DNA of 64,000 nucleotides, taken from positions 7,274 to 71,273 of the forward strand of contig SIBU01000002.1 of the NCBI GenBank assembly GCA_009695005.1, in the 5' to 3' direction. Shown in pieces: positions 28,964 through 39,016 of the stretch. Made by a program: the position numbers and the translations under genes. Under the pieces are notes generated by a model. That model was not told the DNA's origin and searched no databases. It saw only the letters and a program-made list of their open reading frames with translations. Source of the DNA: Candidatus Tayloriibacteriota bacterium. Lineage in GTDB: Bacteria > Patescibacteriota > Minisyncoccia > Phycocordibacterales > SIBU01. Every line of letters begins with the position of its first letter. Position 1 is the first letter of the stretch.

Positions 28964-29815
28964 TTATAATTTAATCCATTCTGGTAGGGAAGGATTATCG
29001 TTTTTGGCGTCTTTTTTCCATACTTGAGGGGTGCAGACAATTTTTCCCGGATTTTTATTGAGCCACGCACCCCACCAGCTCATGGTCGAATTGGCGATGA
29101 TGTTGTGTTTGCAAAGACTCATGAGAGTCAGTTCTTCGGTGTCCGAAATTTCAGGCGAAGAGATGAAAGTTAAAGGATAATTTTTCGAAAAATTATCCTT
29201 TACCCAGAGGATATCGTCTGATGATATGAAGAAGTGAGCGTTCACAGCATAGTCTAGAATTTTTACTATCGCTTTTTCATAGTAGGTAAGAGGGAGAACG
29301 CCGTGAGTGTCGGCAATTTTTTTTATTGAAACATAGTCGCCGCGTCGGATGTGGAGACTGGTGGCGTTTGGTTCGGTTTTTATCCTCTCCGCCATTTCTA
29401 GCGCTTTTACTCCGAGTGGCCGTTTGAGTTCAAAATCCTTTCGAATGGTATTTTCGTTATTTTTGAAATAATTTTCATTCTGCCAATGACCATCAAAGTA
29501 ACCGTCATTTATTTTAAGTATTTGCGCATCAAATGTCTCTGATTTTTCAAAAATATATTTTTTCTGTGTTTCAGGAAAAATTTTTCCTAAAATTTTGATT
29601 AAAGGTCTGCTGTACGATGCAATTTCAGATGCCTCCGACTCCTCTGTGGATATATTAAAATTGTCCAACTGAAAAATACGTCCGCTTTGGTTTGGTCCCC
29701 TAAGATATGAGGAATCAATTTTAAACGGTACTTTATGCAGTAAGGAGAGGTTTCTTCCTAGGGCATACTGAAACATTTGATTGCCAAGCCCGCCGTATAT
29801 TTTCACAATTATCAT
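28964..29815 (-). CDS. Alpha-1,2-fucosyl/colitosyl-transferase (GT11)
   Basis: GGLGNQMFQYA, GHWQNENYF, HIRRGDY, SDD, IIANSTMSWWGAWL. Confidence 0.9.
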   Translation of the reverse strand: MIIVKIYGGLGNQMFQYALGRNLSLLHKVPFKIDSSYLRGPNQSGRIFQLDNFNISTEESEASEIASYSRPLIKILGKIFPETQKKYIFEKSETFDAQILKINDGYFDGHWQNENYFKNNENTIRKDFELKRPLGVKALEMAERIKTEPNATSLHIRRGDYVSIKKIADTHGVLPLTYYEKAIVKILDYAVNAHFFISSDDILWVKDNFSKNYPLTFISSPEISDTEELTLMSLCKHNIIANSTMSWWGAWLNKNPGKIVCTPQVWKKDAKNDNPSLPEWIKL

Positions 29816-30012
29816 GCTTTGTAGTATATAGCTTTCGGCAAATGTTTCCAATTAGTATTCGCCAATATTCAACTATTAATTTTATGAAAATGTTGCTATT
29901 GAGCAGTAGGTTGTTAACTTTTTGCAATAAATCTTTTCACGGTTTTGAGTTGTTTGTTGACAGCGTTGAAGGAGAAGTCGTCTTTAAATATTTAAAGTGA
30001 CAATCTTTTTAT

Positions 30013-31113
30013 TTATTTGAACTTAAACTTATTGATTATTTCAATCACACTTTCAATTTCCTTGTCAGTCAGCTCTGGAAATATCGGTAAGGAGATGATT
30101 TTCTCGGAATCGTTTTCAGTGTTGAGTAAGGATCCATTTTTGTAACCAAGAAATTCGTAGGCTTTTTGAAGATGGACAGGGAAGGGGTAATGAATGCCAA
30201 AACCTATACTGTTCTTTTTTAGATGATCAATGAAGGATTCTCGTTTTGAGATCTTTACAACGAATAGATGGAAAACGTGAAGATTTCCGTTTCGGATTTT
30301 AGGTAATTCAATCTCAGGATTGTCTATTTTCGAGAGATATTGGTGTGCAATGAAGGCGCGTCTTTCGTTGTTCGAATCAAGTGTTGGTAGTTTTGTTCTG
30401 AGAATAGCGGCTTGAATTTCGTCAAGTCTACTATTGAAGCCCTCTATATTTGCAAAATAGGTTTCTTGCATACCATACACTCTAAGTTGTCTGCAGGTAG
30501 TGGCGTATTCTTTCGAATTAGTAAGAATCATCCCTCCATCGCCGTAAGCGCCAAGGTTTTTTGTGGGATAGAAACTGAAACAAGAAAGATCACCAAAACT
30601 TCCAGCTTTTTTGTCTCCCGCTTTCGATCCAGTGGCTTGAGCACAGTCTTCAACCACTTTAAGGCTGTGTTTGTTGGCGATTTTCATTATCTCGACCATA
30701 TCAGCTGTTTGTCCGTAAAGGTGAACGGGTAACAAAACTTTTGCTTTTCTTGTGATTGCGGCTTCAATTTTTCTTACGTCCATTAAAAAATATTCATCCG
30801 TATCGACAAATACAGGTGTTGCTCCTAGCTCACGAATAGCACTGATTGTTGGGGTCGCTGTGTTTGAGACTGTGATTACTTCGTCTCCGGTTCCTACCCC
30901 CAGGGTCTTTAAGGCTATTTTTATAGCATCAGTTCCGGAGTTAACTCCTATTCCATGTGTGGTGCCGATATACGAGGAGAATTCCTTTTCAAACTTATTT
31001 ACTTCTTCATCAAGCACAAATTTACCAGAGTTTAAGACTCTTTTTATGGCAGCATTCGTTTCTGCTTCGGTTTTTTTTACCAATCGTGTTGCGTCAAAAA
31101 AAGGGATTATCAT
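30013..31113 (-). CDS. fdtB: dTDP-3-keto-6-deoxyhexose aminotransferase (FdtB/QdtB-like)
   Basis: [38 protein letters not shown]. Coupled to the FdtA-like gene. Confidence 0.8.
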   Translation of the reverse strand: MIIPFFDATRLVKKTEAETNAAIKRVLNSGKFVLDEEVNKFEKEFSSYIGTTHGIGVNSGTDAIKIALKTLGVGTGDEVITVSNTATPTISAIRELGATPVFVDTDEYFLMDVRKIEAAITRKAKVLLPVHLYGQTADMVEIMKIANKHSLKVVEDCAQATGSKAGDKKAGSFGDLSCFSFYPTKNLGAYGDGGMILTNSKEYATTCRQLRVYGMQETYFANIEGFNSRLDEIQAAILRTKLPTLDSNNERRAFIAHQYLSKIDNPEIELPKIRNGNLHVFHLFVVKISKRESFIDHLKKNSIGFGIHYPFPVHLQKAYEFLGYKNGSLLNTENDSEKIISLPIFPELTDKEIESVIEIINKFKFK

Positions 31114-31526
31114 TTTTGTATTAGCTTTTTAAACTCCTCGTAATCACGAATATAGTCTTTTTCGTCATAGACTGTGTCGGCGAGGACGAGCAATATCGTA
31201 TTTTTTTTGAAATTTTTCATCTTGTGCCACAAATATGGTTCAAGAAGCAATCCTTCACTGAGTTTAGAAAGTGTAATTGTTAATTTCTCCTTTCCACTAT
31301 CTAATTCTACGTCGCATTCTCCTGTGATTACGATAAGAACTTGTCTCATTTTGTGGTGGGTATGGTCACCTCGCACATCACTTTCCTTCATGCCTTGAGT
31401 AATAAGAGTTTTTTTTACAACAAATGGAATTTCATTATCTTTCGGTCCGAATTGAATAGGTGTAAGTGTGCCGGTACTATTACTAAATGATGAAAAATTT
31501 ATTATTTTGTATAAAGTGTTTATCAC
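31110..31526 (-). CDS. fdtA: dTDP-4-keto-6-deoxyglucose 3,4-ketoisomerase (FdtA/QdtA cupin)
   Basis: [37 protein letters not shown]. Confidence 0.85.
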   Translation of the reverse strand: MINTLYKIINFSSFSNSTGTLTPIQFGPKDNEIPFVVKKTLITQGMKESDVRGDHTHHKMRQVLIVITGECDVELDSGKEKLTITLSKLSEGLLLEPYLWHKMKNFKKNTILLVLADTVYDEKDYIRDYEEFKKLIQK

Positions 31527-31533
31527 GGTAGGG

Positions 31534-32475
31534 TTATTTATTTTTATAATTAAGAAGTTTTAAATATTCTGGCAAGTATTTTTCCAGAGAGGTTTTTGGT
31601 TTCCAACCGAGTTTTCTAGATTTGGATGAGTCGACTGAGTATCGAATATCTTGTCCAAGTCGGTTCTCGACGAATTCGTAAAGGTTTTCTGGTTTACCCA
31701 TGGCTTTCAGTACCATTTTCACAATTTCCAGGTTGGTAAACATTTCTCCAGAAGAAATATTATAAATTTCACCATTCAAACCCTTCTCCATCATAAGAAA
31801 AATTCCCTCACAGTTGTCCCCTGCGTATGTCCATTCACGTAGGTACGATCCGTCTCCGTGTACCGTCATTTTCTCGTTTTTTGTGGCCAGATTTACTGTT
31901 TTGGAGATAAGTTTTTCTGGGTATTGCCCATGGCCATAATTATTGCTTGATCGACAAATTTTAGCCTTTAATCCATAAGTTTTTACCCAGCCGGAAATGA
32001 GCATTTCTGCCGCAGCCTTGGCTGCTGAGTAAGGATTTTCAGGGTGAAGTTGGTCGTTTTCTTTGGCCGAAAATCCTTCTTGTATTTCGCCGTATACCTC
32101 GTCTGTGGAGATGTGAATGAGTGTCGGCCGGTCATTTGGATCCTTGGATCGTATTAGCTCTAGCAAATTGTAGACTCCTCGAATATTACTTTCAAAAAAT
32201 AGACCGTTTGATGTAATTGCATTGTCTACATGTGATTCGGCAGCGAAATTTACAAGATAATCAGCATTTTGAGGTAAATATCGTAAGGTGGCTATATCTT
32301 CACGAATAAGTTCGTATTCTGGATGAGCATCAAAATTGAGATCGTGCCTGGCAGCATAAGTCATTTTGTCGATATTGATGACGTGGTAGCCGTTCTTCAA
32401 AAGCAAATCAACAAAGTAGCTTCCAATGAAGCCCAATCCTCCTGTCACTATTACTCTTCTTTTGATTTCTGCCAT
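31534..32475 (-). CDS. rmlB: dTDP-glucose 4,6-dehydratase, second copy
   Basis: TGGLGFIGS, NFAAESHVD, ISTDEVYG, PYSAAKA, QYPEKLI, RLGQDIRY. Confidence 0.88.
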   Translation of the reverse strand: MAEIKRRVIVTGGLGFIGSYFVDLLLKNGYHVINIDKMTYAARHDLNFDAHPEYELIREDIATLRYLPQNADYLVNFAAESHVDNAITSNGLFFESNIRGVYNLLELIRSKDPNDRPTLIHISTDEVYGEIQEGFSAKENDQLHPENPYSAAKAAAEMLISGWVKTYGLKAKICRSSNNYGHGQYPEKLISKTVNLATKNEKMTVHGDGSYLREWTYAGDNCEGIFLMMEKGLNGEIYNISSGEMFTNLEIVKMVLKAMGKPENLYEFVENRLGQDIRYSVDSSKSRKLGWKPKTSLEKYLPEYLKLLNYKNK

Positions 32476-32479
32476 ATTT

Positions 32480-33499
32480 TTATGATTGTATCATTTTAAT
32501 AATCGGTGACAAAAGCTTCTTGGTTGCGCGTCGTGATGGATAGTGGAATGTATTGTGCCAGAATTCCCTGAGACTTTTTTTGAGGGGTGGCCGGGGAGTG
32601 AGGCCGTGCGACCATTGTGGGTCTACGTGTCGGATTTGGTCTAAAATCCGGTAGAGTGTCTTTGCGTAGGGTCTATAGATGAGGTCTTTGGCAGGGGACG
32701 TTTTGGTGTATTTGTGAAAGATGTCGGGACCATAGGGCAAAAGTGGAGTGGGAGGATAGAGCACGAATCCCGAGTAGTGAAAAAATATGAGCGGTGTGTC
32801 CCCGATGTAGACAACACCATTTTTCTTTGTAACCTCTTTGCCTTCCATGTTCCATGTTGCAACATTTGCGCCTTCATTTTGAAGTGGGTGAACACCCATG
32901 AACTTTTCTTCAAAAAAATCCAGATATTTTTGGTCGCCATAACGATTTGGTTCAATCCTGTCGAAGCACCATTCAAGACATCGGTCTTGCCACCAATGTA
33001 AACATGCGAGGCCGTTCTCGTCTTTTCTGAAAATTGGCAAACTGACGTTATATTTCCCAACCTCCTTTTCTTTGTCTTTTCTGGTCCAGAATAATCGGTG
33101 TGGAATTATAAGAATTGAATGATTTTCAAATTCTTTGTAAATGGTTTCTGGTGACGAGAAAAAATAAGTGTCAGCGTCGAGGTACGCTATCGATTCTATA
33201 TCGTTGCGTTCCATGACATACAGAGTAAGTACTGAAGATAATGTCCAGCAATACTCACGGTTGTTTCGGGTTTTTTTTGCATTTAACACAGCCTCGGTTT
33301 CGATATCTTGAAGTGAAAGAAGTAGAACATTTTCTAGATTTAATTTTTCAAGTGTGGTGCGAGTTTCTGTATCCATACATAAAATCCAAAGTGTAAAGTT
33401 TTCAGCATGTTTAACAAGCGATTCGTGAAGAGCCACGCCTTTTAGTAAGAAACCTTTGTCAAAAAGAGTGCAGAAGTGGTAAGGGCTTTTCTGGGTCAT
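32480..33499 (-). CDS. Putative GT-A glycosyltransferase (GT8-like)
   Basis: FCTLFD, EYCWT, YLDADTYFF, YGDQKYLD, NVATWN, FFHYSG. Confidence 0.7.
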   Translation of the reverse strand: MTQKSPYHFCTLFDKGFLLKGVALHESLVKHAENFTLWILCMDTETRTTLEKLNLENVLLLSLQDIETEAVLNAKKTRNNREYCWTLSSVLTLYVMERNDIESIAYLDADTYFFSSPETIYKEFENHSILIIPHRLFWTRKDKEKEVGKYNVSLPIFRKDENGLACLHWWQDRCLEWCFDRIEPNRYGDQKYLDFFEEKFMGVHPLQNEGANVATWNMEGKEVTKKNGVVYIGDTPLIFFHYSGFVLYPPTPLLPYGPDIFHKYTKTSPAKDLIYRPYAKTLYRILDQIRHVDPQWSHGLTPRPPLKKSLREFWHNTFHYPSRRATKKLLSPIIKMIQS

Positions 33500-34452
33500 A
33501 AAATTTTTTTTACTGTATTTTTTAGCATTCTGATTATTTTTGCTCCTTTGTTTGTTCTTCGGTTGTATAATTCTATTTTGGTAGTAATTATTTTTGTCTC
33601 ATCTATAAGGTCCTTAAAAATAGGATCGTTAAATTTTTTGTCACCATTTGAAGCGATTTCAAAAGCAAATCCATATTGTTTTTTGATAGTGGCAAATACC
33701 CAAAGTAATAAATACTCTCTAGTACCGAAAGATTCCATGTTTCCTTTGTTTATGTAAGATATCTCTGTCCATCCTGGTGATTCGATAGTTGATGATCGAA
33801 GACTATTTCCCAGTTTAGTGTTGAATTTTTCGTAACCTAGGGGCATTTTTCTTGCACCAATAACTCTCATTGTGCTCATCCAGAAATCCATTTTTTCCAT
33901 AAATTGCATCACCTCCCAGGCCTTATCCTCATTTTCGTAAGCTTCAATAATTCCAGGTTCAAAGTCCGCGACAAGAGTTCCCTCCATTATGTCTTTTCCC
34001 AGACTTTTAAAAATTTTAAGGTCGGTTCCTTGAGAATCAGTTTTGAACCAATCGATTCTTGAAATGTTTTTTGAAATAATAACTCTTTTTAAATTTTCTG
34101 TTTTGAGTTTTACTTCATTTTCGACTTTAAATAATGGAGCAATTGTCCATCTAGAATCAATTTTTGGTTTAAGTGTGCTTGAACAAAACGGGGAAGCGGT
34201 TAGGTAAAAATTACTGACATCATTTTCCGATTCAGTAACTATAGAATTGTTAATGTAAAGTTCGCGGTAAGGCGAGGTTCCTTCCTTTAGGTGCTTCATT
34301 TCTCGTATGTCAGGGTCAAAGGCGATACAGATTGCGTATTTGGCGATCTCTTTCCAATGAGAATAAAGATCGCCCGAAGCGCCAATGTCTACAAGTACTG
34401 GTGGACGGTCCACTAAAGTGGTGTGGTTGAAAATTTTTTCAAAAATTTTCAT
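33496..34452 (-). CDS. FkbM-family methyltransferase
   Basis: LVDIGASG, FDPD, IDWFKTDSQGTDL. Confidence 0.7.
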   Translation of the reverse strand: MKIFEKIFNHTTLVDRPPVLVDIGASGDLYSHWKEIAKYAICIAFDPDIREMKHLKEGTSPYRELYINNSIVTESENDVSNFYLTASPFCSSTLKPKIDSRWTIAPLFKVENEVKLKTENLKRVIISKNISRIDWFKTDSQGTDLKIFKSLGKDIMEGTLVADFEPGIIEAYENEDKAWEVMQFMEKMDFWMSTMRVIGARKMPLGYEKFNTKLGNSLRSSTIESPGWTEISYINKGNMESFGTREYLLLWVFATIKKQYGFAFEIASNGDKKFNDPIFKDLIDETKIITTKIELYNRRTNKGAKIIRMLKNTVKKIL

Positions 34453-35273
34453 TTTCTTTTAAAAATAAAGCCTCTATCGTTCGCAACAGTATCGTTTAGT
34501 TGGATGGTTCCAGCTAGGGCGTCCCATTCCGCAATATATTCATATTTGTCGGCTAGGAATTTAATAAATTTTTCCTTGTTGAAAAACCAAGCCGGATAGC
34601 TTGAGTCGTATATTTTTGGAGCTACTTTTTGGATAGTTATTCTATCTGGGCCATTTGGAATAAACGAAATTCTATCAAAAATAATATATTTAAAATTTAA
34701 AGCGATAGTCTTCTCTAAAATTTCGTATGGTTTTTCAATGTACTGAAGTACGCTAGAGAAGAGAGCTGTATTTGGTGAGGTTTCTTTGAAACATCCCTCT
34801 GTAGATTCAAAGAATTTGAGAGTGTTATCCTCAAATTCTTTCTTACCGGTTCTTACGAAATTCTGTTGTTCTACTATACTCCATTGGATTTTCGATAGAT
34901 GGGCAAGCATTTTTTTATTTTGAAAATAAGAACTTCCCAATGATCCGCCGAAATCCATTAGGTTCAGTTGGTTTCCCTCTTGCGAGCTAATCCAAAGAAG
35001 GCTGGCCAGCAATGGCCACGAATATTCGGGAGTTGCAAAAGTTACAGAGTCACGTTCGAAGGCCACTTCTCCTAGTTTGGCCTTTGTGGCACCAATTCTC
35101 ACCTTTTCTAGAACCGTGCTTGTGTCATAGCCAGTGGAATTTTTCTGAGCCTCTTTCCATGTAGGAAAATTCCCAAAAAAACCGAAAGATGATTGACCAT
35201 TAAGTTTTTTAATAGTCCGAGTAATTGCTGGCGGTAGCCAATTCTTTGCTATCTTTCGTATTTTATTTTTCAT
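34449..35273 (-). CDS. Methyltransferase, TIGR04325-like
   Basis: FERDSV, DFGGSLGSSY, WSIVEQ, SSVLQYI, SYPAWFFN. Confidence 0.75.
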   Translation of the reverse strand: MKNKIRKIAKNWLPPAITRTIKKLNGQSSFGFFGNFPTWKEAQKNSTGYDTSTVLEKVRIGATKAKLGEVAFERDSVTFATPEYSWPLLASLLWISSQEGNQLNLMDFGGSLGSSYFQNKKMLAHLSKIQWSIVEQQNFVRTGKKEFEDNTLKFFESTEGCFKETSPNTALFSSVLQYIEKPYEILEKTIALNFKYIIFDRISFIPNGPDRITIQKVAPKIYDSSYPAWFFNKEKFIKFLADKYEYIAEWDALAGTIQLNDTVANDRGFIFKRK

Positions 35274-36102
35274 TATTTTTTGTGATACCTAAGATGTCAT
35301 CTAAGTTTTTTCTAGGAAAGAGATCTAGAAGTCCTCCATCCGTGGCGTTCGTTATGGAAATGTGCTCTTTTTTTGCAAAACTTCTGATTGAACGGTATTT
35401 GTCCCATAAACTGGCGTAGGATGCGCATTCCGTTCCAAAATCGCTTTCAGACCACTCGTTGTATCCTTTTTGACTCAAGACACTTTCTTTCTCTTCGAAA
35501 AAATGTCTGCTTTCTCCAACGTGCAGAATCCAATCATGGTCAACACCTAAAAGATTAATTTCTTTAACTCCAAGATATATCGCTAAATAGATGGCGACAT
35601 GAGGGACGGTTTGTATTTCCGGAAGATCCTTTGTGAAATCAATTTTCTTGTCAATTGGTTTGATCCCAAGGTAATAATAATAAACATTTTGTTTCTTAAA
35701 GACTTGATATCTCTCGACAATATGTTTGTCAGACAATGAGATCATAACATTCTGATTTTCAGGAAAGTGTTTCTCTGCGTCTTTAAACATTTCCCCAAAT
35801 TGGTCCTCTGTAATTGGTGGATGAGAGGGGGTGAAAACATGGAAGAATGGTTTGATGATTTTAAAGTCAGGATGAACAAAGAAATTACTGACGCTTATTG
35901 AAATCTCACCAGAAAGTTTTGAAAGATCTTGTCTTTTGATCGACGGACCTGTTGCCAGCACAAAACAGCGCCTGTTCGAAAAAACATTTTTAAGTCCAAT
36001 ATTTTTTTGAAGGAGTTTTCCGTCTCTCATTCTTAAATATATACTGTATATGTTAACCAATTTCCTACCTAAAATTGGTATTTTTTTAATTCTTTCCTTC
36101 AT
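35263..36102 (-). CDS. Maf/DUF115-like protein (putative nonulosonate transferase)
   Basis: RCFVLATGPSI...SVSN, AIYLGVKEINLLGVDH, ITNATDGGLLDLFPR. Directly downstream of neuB. Confidence 0.7.
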   Translation of the reverse strand: MKERIKKIPILGRKLVNIYSIYLRMRDGKLLQKNIGLKNVFSNRRCFVLATGPSIKRQDLSKLSGEISISVSNFFVHPDFKIIKPFFHVFTPSHPPITEDQFGEMFKDAEKHFPENQNVMISLSDKHIVERYQVFKKQNVYYYYLGIKPIDKKIDFTKDLPEIQTVPHVAIYLAIYLGVKEINLLGVDHDWILHVGESRHFFEEKESVLSQKGYNEWSESDFGTECASYASLWDKYRSIRSFAKKEHISITNATDGGLLDLFPRKNLDDILGITKNNEK

Positions 36103-36103
36103 T

Positions 36104-38011
36104 TTAAAAATTGTGTTTTTGTAAACGTTTAAGTGCAGTGATGAATCCTTCGCCGTGATCACGATGACCCATCCAGATTTCCGGTGAAATGGTGACATCG
36201 ACTTTTAAAATTTCGGGCATGAGGATGTTCCATGGAACATCACCTTCACCCACCTGAAGACCTTCTCCGTCGGTACCGGCTCCATCTGATAGATGAATAT
36301 GTTTTATCAAAGGCTTCAATGTTTCAAAATATTTAATTGGATCTTTTTTCGCAAGTGTACAGTAAAGCTGGGCATGGCTACTGTCGTAACAGAGATTAAA
36401 ATTATGTTTCTTAGCGAACTCATATATTTCATCAGCATCGGTGAAAGTGTTTGAAAACCATGAACCTCCTTTGTACCACGGTAGAGGGGCTTGATTTTCC
36501 AGCAATAATTCAATGTCCGTTCGATCTATTTTTTCTAGGGCTTTGCCGAGACGAGTATACATTTTCGCACGTTCGTCTTTGGAAACAAAATCATCATAAC
36601 TCATGCCACCTGGATGAAGAACCACCTTGGCCTTTGTGGGGGTTTTTCCAAAATATTTTCTTATGGATCGAACAGTGTTTAGTAGGTCGTTGATGTTCTT
36701 GATGGAAGCATTCACAACAGAAGAGTCTGTGGAAGAAAAATCTAGAAGTTGGTCACCCCAAAGTTCAGGCGCGTGCACGATGAGTTCAAGTTCTGGATGG
36801 TTTTTGAAAGCCATCTGATTTTTTAGGTCGTGAGAACTGAAATGAAATTCAACAAATGAAGGTTTGAGTCCCGCAATCATTTCCTCGAAATCATGAGGTC
36901 GGACAATGAGCCCCCATTTTCTGCTAGATGAGAAATTGCGATTCAGCCTTTTTTTACCGAGGTCTTCTTCTGTAAAATAGTCATCCATTGGTATGTCGCG
37001 TTCGGCCTTTAAGCCAATCAATTTGTAAAGTTTCTGAGGAGAAAGGCCTTTGGCGGGACTTTTAGAAATAATCATTTCGCGTGTCAAAATTTCTCCTTTT
37101 TTTATTGGAACTTTAGCCACCAAACTTTTTCCTAGAATTTTTCTGTTGATAAGTTCTCCTGCTGTGATAAATTTTTTGTCACTTCTAAGCGCTTCTTCTA
37201 TTGCTCGTATATCTCTGACAAGTTTTTTTATACCAGTTGGTTCAAGTGAAATAGCATGGTCAGGTCCAGTCATGGTTCTGTCCAAAGTGATATGTCTTTC
37301 GATAACTTTGGCACCGAGCGGAATGGCCGCAGAACTTATGGCTATGCCATGTTCGTGGCCAGAGTAGCCAACCGGAACATTGAATTTTTCTTGAAGTGTT
37401 TTTATGAATCGTAAGTTTACGTCCTTCGGGGCAGTAGGGTAGGTGCTGTTGCAGTGAAGAAGAATGTATTCTGCATTAAGCTTGTTTAGAAAATCCACAG
37501 TGTCGCCGATTTCTTCCAAAGAGGACATTCCGGTGGAAACTATCATGGGCTTTTTCTTTGAAGCTATGTATTCAAGAAGTTCAAAATTTACCATGTCAGC
37601 AGAGGCGACTTTGTAGGCGGGCACATTTAGTTTTTCCAATGCGTTAACACTTGGAATATCCCAAGGTGTACACAAAAACATGATACCTTGATCTTTTGCG
37701 TACTTTGCAAGTTCTTTGAAATTTTCATGTGACAGTTCCGATTCTCGGATGAGAGACAAGATGTATTGAGTTGCGATATCTTCATTTTTTGTATTGTTCC
37801 ATGCCTTGTCGGTATAGAGGGTTTTGAAATCTCGCATTTGAAATTTCACGGCGTCGGCCTTGGCCTCAACAGCAACGTCGACAAGTTTTTTTGCCAGTTC
37901 TATTCTGCCGTTGTGGTTGATTCCGGCTTCGGCAATTATGAAAGTTGGCTGGTCTTCTCCGACCAATCTTTCGCCAATTTTAACTGTCTTTTTGTTGTTT
38001 GGTTTTTTCAT
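36104..38011 (-). CDS. neuB: Nonulosonate synthase (NeuB plus SAF) fused to a C-terminal xylose-isomerase-like TIM barrel
   Basis: IIAEAGINHNG, VKFQ, LHCNSTYP, GYSGHE, ERHITLDR..GPDH. C-terminal VHAPE, LENQAP, CYDSSH, HIHLSD, PEIWMGH. Confidence 0.9.
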   Translation of the reverse strand: MKKPNNKKTVKIGERLVGEDQPTFIIAEAGINHNGRIELAKKLVDVAVEAKADAVKFQMRDFKTLYTDKAWNNTKNEDIATQYILSLIRESELSHENFKELAKYAKDQGIMFLCTPWDIPSVNALEKLNVPAYKVASADMVNFELLEYIASKKKPMIVSTGMSSLEEIGDTVDFLNKLNAEYILLHCNSTYPTAPKDVNLRFIKTLQEKFNVPVGYSGHEHGIAISSAAIPLGAKVIERHITLDRTMTGPDHAISLEPTGIKKLVRDIRAIEEALRSDKKFITAGELINRKILGKSLVAKVPIKKGEILTREMIISKSPAKGLSPQKLYKLIGLKAERDIPMDDYFTEEDLGKKRLNRNFSSSRKWGLIVRPHDFEEMIAGLKPSFVEFHFSSHDLKNQMAFKNHPELELIVHAPELWGDQLLDFSSTDSSVVNASIKNINDLLNTVRSIRKYFGKTPTKAKVVLHPGGMSYDDFVSKDERAKMYTRLGKALEKIDRTDIELLLENQAPLPWYKGGSWFSNTFTDADEIYEFAKKHNFNLCYDSSHAQLYCTLAKKDPIKYFETLKPLIKHIHLSDGAGTDGEGLQVGEGDVPWNILMPEILKVDVTISPEIWMGHRDHGEGFITALKRLQKHNF

Positions 38012-39015
38012 TTTTGTTTTAGTTTTCTGTATATACCTCTAGTTACTCTATATAACGGTCCTGTTAAGCGAAATGTTTCAAATGCGACGTGCCGAAAAGA
38101 AAATTTCTTTAGGGCGTAATACCACCGTAAACGCTTGGTTTTTTTAAGATAATCCAGTATTTTTTTTGAGTTTTCGGTTTCGGTGCTGTTTGTCCCAGAT
38201 TTGCTTTTGTAGATGGCCGTAATTATTTCATTGCCATAGATTAACTCGAAGCCGGATTTGGCCAGAAGGGAATTGAGGGTTTTTAAGGTGAAATACCACA
38301 CATGAGCATTTTGAAGGTAACCCATAAGATCTCCTCGGTAGGTGTCGTGAATGCTGTAAATTCCAGGGAGGGCAATGTAGAGTACTCCATTTGGTGACAG
38401 CAGTGTTTTAATTCTTTCAAGTTCTTCTTGAGGTTTAAGCATGTGCTCCAGTGTATGGTTTAGGATAACGATATCCGCTGTGCCGAATTGCTTGAGTGTT
38501 TCCGCACTGCCTTCCACTAAATTCAAATTTCGCGTATTACCAAATTCTATATATGAGCGACCATAATCACATCCGAATACCTCGTTACCGTTTTCTTTGA
38601 AAGCTTCCAGGATACCACCAGCACCACAACCTATCTCAAAAATTCTTTTTCCAGTAAGCTTTCCATTAAAAATTTTTTCAGAAAGAAGGTTTTTTATAAT
38701 TCTTCCGAAAGTTTTTTGGCTCATAAAGAATTCAGACGTTGCTTTGTCAGTACCGGTGTAAAGTGGACGGTATTCCTTGCTGTAGAATTGACCAAGGGTA
38801 TTTTCATCGTAGTACGGATCGGATCGAACTAGACCACAAGATTCACAAAGAACCGTCTTGATTGGAATGTCGTAGCGATCATTTTCGGCAAGAATGATGC
38901 CATTTATCTTTCCACAAATACATGGATTCTCTGTAGTTCGATATTCACCATTTTTCATTTTTCGAACAATGTCGTTGCGTGCAACTATCATTGCCTTGGT
39001 GATTGGTACAGCCAT
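38008..39015 (-). CDS. Class I SAM methyltransferase with an N-terminal Zn-binding motif
   Basis: CICG...CESCGLV, EIGCGAGG, HTLEH, HVWYF. Confidence 0.8.
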   Translation of the reverse strand: MAVPITKAMIVARNDIVRKMKNGEYRTTENPCICGKINGIILAENDRYDIPIKTVLCESCGLVRSDPYYDENTLGQFYSKEYRPLYTGTDKATSEFFMSQKTFGRIIKNLLSEKIFNGKLTGKRIFEIGCGAGGILEAFKENGNEVFGCDYGRSYIEFGNTRNLNLVEGSAETLKQFGTADIVILNHTLEHMLKPQEELERIKTLLSPNGVLYIALPGIYSIHDTYRGDLMGYLQNAHVWYFTLKTLNSLLAKSGFELIYGNEIITAIYKSKSGTNSTETENSKKILDYLKKTKRLRWYYALKKFSFRHVAFETFRLTGPLYRVTRGIYRKLKQK

Positions 39016-39016
39016 A

